DNA of 46,526 nt from a bacterium (lineage in GTDB: Bacteria; Acidobacteriota; Blastocatellia; HR10). Under the pieces are notes generated by a model that did no database searches, was not told where the DNA came from, and saw only the letters and a program-made list of their open reading frames with translations. Positions within the stretch are counted from its first letter, which is position 1; each line of letters starts with the position of its first letter. The position numbers were made by a program, and so were the translations under genes. The stretch lies in assembly GCA_041640655.1 (NCBI GenBank), contig JBEPZV010000018.1, positions 1 to 46,526 on the forward strand. Reading direction: 5' to 3'. Of the stretch, positions 45,245 to 46,526 are shown piece after piece.

Positions 45245-46526
45245 ATGGGCTCTCGGTGGATCATGCGTCCATATGCGGAGGATGTGGTTCGCGTCTTGCA
45301 ACAGGAGCTGAGCGTGCCGGGAGTGCTCGCTCGGCTGCTCAGCGCGCGCGGCGTGACGACGCCGGATGAGGCGCGCCGATTTCTCGCCCCGCGCTTGGAG
45401 GACTTGCACGATCCCTACCGCATGGCCGGCATGCGCGAGGCTGTGGAGCGCATCGCGCGCGCGATCGCGCAGCGGGAGCCGATCGTCATCTACGGCGATT
45501 ACGATGTGGATGGTGTGACCAGCCTCGTCCTCCTCAAGAAGACACTCGAGCGATTGGGCGCGCGCGTCACCTTCTATGTCCCCGAACGATTGCGCGAGGG
45601 GTACGGGATGCACCTGGAGGCGATCGAAGCGCTCGCCGCCTCTGGCGGGCGCTTGCTCATCAGCGTGGATTGCGGGATCCGCGCTCATGAGGTCGTCGAA
45701 CGGGCCAGGGCGCTGGGGATGGAGACGATCGTGACCGATCATCATCTCCCCGAAGCCGCGCTCCCGCGCGCCGTCGCCGTATTGAATCCGAAGCGTCCTG
45801 ACTGCCCGTATCCCGAGAAGCATCTGGCGGGGGTGGGCGTCGCCTTGAAGCTCGCGCATGCGCTCCTTCTGCGCTATGGCCAGACGGAGATGCTCGCGTC
45901 ACTTCTTCCCCTGGCCGCTCTCGGCACGATTGCGGACCTGGCGCCGCTGACGGGGGAGAATCGAGTGATCGCGCGCCTCGGATTGGAGCGACTCTGGGCT
46001 CCGGAGCATGTGGGGCTTCGCGCCCTCGCCGAAGTGGCCGGGCTCGCCCCGGATCGTCCGGTGACGGGCGAGGATGTCGCGTTTCGCCTCGCCCCACGCG
46101 TGAACGCCGCAGGCCGCTTGGGCACGGCTCGGCCGGCGATCGAACTGCTGCAGACCGAGGATCGGGAGATCGCGCGGCGGTTGGCCGCTCAGCTCAACGA
46201 GCAGAATGCCCGTCGTCAGCGCGAGGAGCAGGCGATGCTGGCTGAGATCGAGGCGATGCTCGCCGAAGATCCGACGCTGCGAGAGGCCAAGGTCCTGGTG
46301 CTCGCGCGCGAGGGATGGCATCGCGGCGTGATCGGTCTGGTCGCCTCGAAAGTCGTGGAACGATTCGCGCGACCGGCGATCATTCTCGCCCTGGAGGGTG
46401 AATGGGCGCATGGGTCGGGGCGGAGCATCCCAGCTTTTCATCTGCTGCGTGGGTTGGAAGCGTGCGCCGATCTCTTCGAACGCTATGGCGGACATGCGCA
46501 CGCGGCCGGCCTCCTCCTTCGGCGCG
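45245..46526 (+). CDS. recJ: ssDNA-specific exonuclease RecJ, 3'-truncated by window (absent from the ORF track)
   Basis: My translation from ATG 45245 (SD GGAGGAGG): MGSRW...LHDPY...YGDYDVDG, EGYG, SVDCG, TDHH, GTIAD, PRVNAAGRL, GSGRS, GGHAHAAG. Confidence 0.95.
   Translation, partial: MGSRWIMRPYAEDVVRVLQQELSVPGVLARLLSARGVTTPDEARRFLAPRLEDLHDPYRMAGMREAVERIARAIAQREPIVIYGDYDVDGVTSLVLLKKTLERLGARVTFYVPERLREGYGMHLEAIEALAASGGRLLISVDCGIRAHEVVERARALGMETIVTDHHLPEAALPRAVAVLNPKRPDCPYPEKHLAGVGVALKLAHALLLRYGQTEMLASLLPLAALGTIADLAPLTGENRVIARLGLERLWAPEHVGLRALAEVAGLAPDRPVTGEDVAFRLAPRVNAAGRLGTARPAIELLQTEDREIARRLAAQLNEQNARRQREEQAMLAEIEAMLAEDPTLREAKVLVLAREGWHRGVIGLVASKVVERFARPAIILALEGEWAHGSGRSIPAFHLLRGLEACADLFERYGGHAHAAGLLLRR

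Overview
A GC-rich (roughly two-thirds GC by eye), gene-dense bacterial chromosome segment with about 40 CDS, mostly housekeeping: thiI with its cysteine desulfurase, a YitJ-type fusion, lpdA, hutU, hemL, htrA, tyrS, leuS-lptE-holA, thrC, a deoxyhypusine-synthase-like gene, a CNNM/HlyC gene, carD, ruvX-mltG-glmU-glmS and recJ. lptE indicates a diderm. Gene content and the Arg/Glu-rich proteins suggest a thermophilic Acidobacteriota (Blastocatellia-like) organism, which is an inference. I found no rRNA, tRNA, CRISPR array, transposase, integrase or phage genes. The most notable signals are: (1) a full-length GlmS in its normal glmU-glmS position whose N-terminal catalytic Cys is Ser, with two further active-site changes; (2) a secreted M1-aminopeptidase-TPR protein lacking all three zinc ligands; (3) a YitJ-like fusion with altered MTHFR folate-site residues; (4) a promoter-driven, strand-specifically structured ~140-280 nt non-coding RNA/leader upstream of a stand-alone Fe-S Cas4/AddB-like nuclease; (5) many sigma70 promoters that appear to produce leaderless mRNAs, several with perfect palindromic operator candidates, and a Fur-like box over the FTR1 promoter. 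All family calls rest on motif recognition, not database searches.
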